From Podarcis cretensis (lineage: Eukaryota), in contig OX638156.1 of NCBI GenBank assembly GCA_951804945.1, positions 40,486,001-40,550,000 on the forward strand: DNA of 64,000 nt. The letters are read 5' to 3'. Shown in pieces: positions 60,393 to 64,000 of this stretch. The notes beneath the pieces were generated by a model. It was not told the origin of the DNA, did no database searches, and saw only the letters and a program-made list of their open reading frames with translations. The position numbers were made by a program, and so were the translations under genes. The first letter of the stretch is position 1; the number at the start of each line of letters is the position of its first letter.

Positions 60393-61180
60393 CATAGAAT
60401 CAGAATAGTAGAGTTGGAAGGGATCCCATCCAGTCCAATCCCCTGCAATGCAGGAATCAGAGCTAAAGAATCCCTGACAGATGGCCACCCAGCCACATGT
60501 TTAAAAACCTCCAGTGAAGGAGAGTCCATTCTACTGTCGAACAGCTCTTTACTGTCAGAAAGTTCTTCCCAATGTTTAGTTGGAATCTCCTTTCTTGTAC
60601 AGTGGTGCCCCGCGAGACGAATGCCTCGCAAGACGGAAAACCCGCTAGACCAAAGGGTTTTCCGTTTTGGAGGCGCTTCGCAAAACAAATTTCCCTATGG
60701 GCTTGCTTCGCAAGACGAAAATGTCTTGCGAGTTCCTGCGGGGGTTTTTCCCTTTTTTCCCCCTAAGCCCTAAGCCGCTTATCAGCTGATCCGCTAAAAG
60801 CCGCTAAACCGTCAATAGCGCTAATCCGCTAAGCTGTCAGTGGGCTTGCTTCGCAAGACGAAAAGACCGCTCTACGAAGAGCCTCACGGAACGGATTAAT
60901 TTTGTCTTGCGAGGCACCACTGTAATTTGAATCCATCGGTTCATGTCCTCTCCCTCTGGAGCAGCAGAAAACAATCTTGCCCCATTTTCCATGTGGCAGC
61001 CCTTCAGATATTAGAAGATGGCTATCGTGTCACCTCTCAGTATTCTCTTCTCCAGGCTAAATATACTCAGCTCCCTCAACTGTTCCTCATAAGACTTGGT
61101 TTCCCAGACCCTTGATAATCTTGGTCGCCCTCCTCTGCGTGTGTTCAAGCTTGTCAATATAATTCCTAAACTGTGGCACT
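60393..61180 (-). mobile_element. CR1 LINE 3' part, interrupted by a MITE
   Basis: Tail catagaatcagaatagtagagttggaaggg; minus strand reads DSPSLEVFK; sequence resumes after the MITE. Confidence 0.8.
60600..60922. mobile_element. CpG-rich Tc1/mariner (Tigger-like) MITE with TA TSD
   Basis: ta|cagtggtgccccgcgagacgaa ... ttttgtcttgcgaggcaccactg|ta; internal repeat gggcttgcttcgcaagacgaaaa twice. Confidence 0.88.
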
Positions 61181-62153
61181 CTCATACTGCAAGAGTGGAT
61201 CACCTTGAGAACAAATTATATTTTATTATTTATGTCTATTTTTATCCATGTCTGCAGCTCTTTTCCAAGTCATGCCCAAAAGAGAAGCGATTGCTCCTGG
61301 GAGCTTATAAACCACATTTTGGCTATTGCGAGGGAGGGACGGAAGAAAGGCAGATGGGTGAAGAGAAGGAGGGAGTGCTTCTGTTTTCCTCTGTCTTTCA
61401 AATGGTTTGGCAGATGCAGGGCTGAGTGAAGGACATGGGTGAAAGGGCAACTTTTCCAAAATATTAAGAGCCACAGGATCTTCCTGACAGGCTTCTTTCC
61501 TAAAGGCCCTCAGGACAAATTCTGGGGTTTGGCCGCCAAATGCATACCCCAAATGCATCAGTAGCCCATGAAGCATCTGATCAGCGAGTCCAGGTTCATT
61601 TCTAGGTCAGGCCAGCAGACCTTTCAAGCCGTCCTCCCCTCCCTCCTTCCTTCCACATTTTGGTTTTGAGTAGGACACAAACTCTCATAACTCCACTTAC
61701 GTAAGAGTCATTAGGATGCACGGCAGCCCACTCTGTGGCTGTTGACCATTTGGCTTGCAAGGTTGGTGGCAATCGGAGCGTTACTTTGCTGTAGCTAGAA
61801 CTTCGATTCATTTTTAATTGCTCTGTGGCGAGAGGCACAAAGAACCCGCCCTTTTGTGAAGGTTGCCCTTGTTTTTTGGTTGGCATGTCCTGAACATGAA
61901 TGGCTGTTCTTGTTCACTGCTGTTGTTGTCTTCGACACGTCCAAATTGTTAAGACTGGGAGCCATTGGCCAATATTTTTGTTGGCTTCACAATGCCTCCC
62001 TCTCGCTATTCTGGCTGTGCCGCTGGGGCTTGCCTTGACATCCCTTCCCTTGAGTTTCCTCAGAGAGGAAGACTCGGGTGTGTCAAAATGATGAAATCAA
62101 TCGCCACAACTCACTCTACAGTGATACCCCGATGCAGGAATAATGCTCTACGT

Positions 62154-62585
62154 CAGTGGTTCCCAAAGTGGGCAGTACTGAGCTTACTAAGGGAACCTTT
62201 AAGAGGCAAGGAGGCGTGGTGATAGGAGAGTGCTGGAGGTGCAAATGATTATCAGACTTTGAAAAGCTGGTATCACTGGATCAAGTTCACCAGCTTTGTT
62301 GAATTAATTAAATTGAACAGTTTTAATTGGATTTTGAATAAACATGAAATTAATTGTTACCTGTTTGAATTTTATTATGTTATTATTCTCCTTAGTGGGT
62401 CATGCAACCCACTGTTTTGAATAGTGCTTTTCATAGCATAGGGAAGGCGGCACTGGGGATGAGTTTATGGAACCAAGGGGTCAGTGTATTTTTATCTGGT
62501 GAAATGCCCTGAGATCTTTGGGTGAAGAGCAGTATATGAATATAATAAACAAAAATAAATGAAACAAGAAATTTGGGAACCACTG
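62154..62585. mobile_element. hAT (Charlie-like) non-autonomous DNA transposon
   Basis: Terminal inverted repeats cagtggttcccaaa / tttgggaaccactg; partial 8-bp flank match ctctacgt / ctctagaa. Confidence 0.75.
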
Positions 62586-63629
62586 CTCTAGAAGATAAGA
62601 CACCAACCATCCAGTGGAAGTGGCAGTGATCTCTGCTTAGATCCTAAGGGTATTTAGTGGGCCTTCTTCATAACATGTTCTACCTAGCTGCCAGTGTGAA
62701 GCTTTGTAACAATCACTTGTACTTCCTCTTGCTGTTTTGCTGGATAAAGAAAGAAGCACCTCTGGTTCCATCTTTCTGTTTTGCTGTTCAGGAGACTTGA
62801 GTGCGTCTTGCGTGAGGCTCTTGTGGGCATAGTCCTGGTGAGAATCTGAGGGCAGCAAGAAGCAGGTCGTTCTCCAGGCCTTTTTTCATTTGATTACTTT
62901 GCCATTCTAAGCTTGTCACTGAATTCTGGGATACAGGCTGCACTTTTTGGAAAAGACCACTGGTGCCGCAGTGTTCATTCTGCACTTGAAGTAGTAGTTT
63001 ACTGCAGTCCACAGCTGAATGTGGAAGAGGGTGGAGTTGGCTTCACTTGCCCAGTTGGAAATGGGCCTCTTGTGTTATTGGTAGCTGTGCTCTGTGGGTA
63101 TGTCAAGGTTGTTGGAGGTTTTGGAAATCAGAGTTAAGATTCTCTCTGCAAACAAATGTTTTTCATTGAGTTGAACAGGTGCCACAAATGTGCCTGCTTC
63201 TACAAAGACTAAGAAAGAGGGAGGAGTTGAGAGCATGATAGACAGGTGGAGAGGAAGGCACCAACTCAGCATAGTCAGTGCAGAGGACCAGGGAACTGCA
63301 GGGGGGCCACATGTCCCCCCCCCCAAAAAAAATGTTTTCCCCTCTATTGGCTTCTGAGATATAGCTGAATTTTGCCCCCTGCACAGCAGTTGAATACCTT
63401 TTATTTTACTTAAAAATAATAATAAAGCTGATAACTTGCACTGAATCCTATGCCAGGTGCTTTCAAGACAACCCACCTCTGCCCTTACAATTCACCCCAG
63501 TCAGGTTTTTTCAGATTTCTTGAGATTCCAATTTTTTTTGAAATACCACTGAGTCTTAGAAAGCTACTAACCTTTGGCAAAGCAGTATGTGTCAGCTGCA
63601 AACAGCCACTATCCATGGCTTTCAGAATC

Positions 63630-63630
<1 letters not shown>

Positions 63631-63666
<36 letters not shown>
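63631..63666. repeat. (CAG)12 intronic trinucleotide repeat
   Basis: Direct reading. Confidence 0.95.
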
Positions 63667-63669
<3 letters not shown>

Positions 63670-64000
63670 GTTGACATTCTCTTCCCCGTTCGCATGGCCA
63701 GGGAATGCTCATCCTGAGGATTGCAGGGGGTCACGCTGGGCTCCCCCTGTTCTTAGAAGCTGGAAGTCTTTGGGTCTTGCATTGTTTTTAGATATAGGAG
63801 GACTGGATTTTTCTGTTTTGCTCAATGCACTTTGGCAGTGGGTTTCTCAGAGGATGGGAGAGGAGAAGGTGGCTTGTTGGGTTATAAACCAGTGGAATGG
63901 AAGTCACAGTATTCAAGTCCCTCTTGCATGACCAGAGAAGGCCACAGGGCAAGGGGAGCCAGAGCACAACATGGGTGCCTCTCAGTGCTGCTAATGGGGC

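Noticed and set aside
63631-63666. (CAG)12 as a coding polyQ/polyA/polyS tract (also the CTG run near 16370)
   Set aside because: Intronic, with no splice-supported exon around it.
1-64000. CRISPR array, operon or other prokaryotic/viral system
   Set aside because: The window is intron-rich vertebrate DNA. Its repeats are microsatellites and dispersed transposons, with no repeat-spacer periodicity or long intact non-host ORF.

Overview
Vertebrate nuclear DNA, most likely a squamate reptile and probably a lacertid lizard (inferred from a Sauria SINE, a tRNA-Ala-headed SINE, L2 copies with (TTA)n tails, and squamate-type L1, CR1, RTE and Penelope fragments). Two genes lie in tandem on the + strand, in the same order as in human. 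The first is the last 15 coding exons of HYDIN (544-19514; 1081 aa, reading frame continuous across all junctions; poly(A) signal at about 19990). The second starts after about 2.1 kb and a CpG-island promoter: exons 1-14 of VAC14 (ATG 21606 to 58856; gene continues past the window). Notable points: (1) VAC14 intron 8 is a U12-type minor-spliceosome intron and intron 11 is GC-AG. (2) The VAC14 promoter has two inverted CLEAR-like E-boxes and a YY1/TISU-like motif that also opens a 5-codon uORF. (3) VAC14 intron 12 holds a chimeric retro-insertion bounded by one 16-bp target-site duplication (TSD): a 5'-truncated L1 fused head-to-head to nt 1-45 of U5 snRNA in the opposite orientation, suggesting twin priming on two different RNAs. 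Several other nested transposon insertions keep clean TSDs. No prokaryotic-type system or CRISPR array is present. Exon coordinates were read by hand from splice signals and frame. Repeat boundaries are approximate, and family names come from remembered consensus sequences, not a database search.
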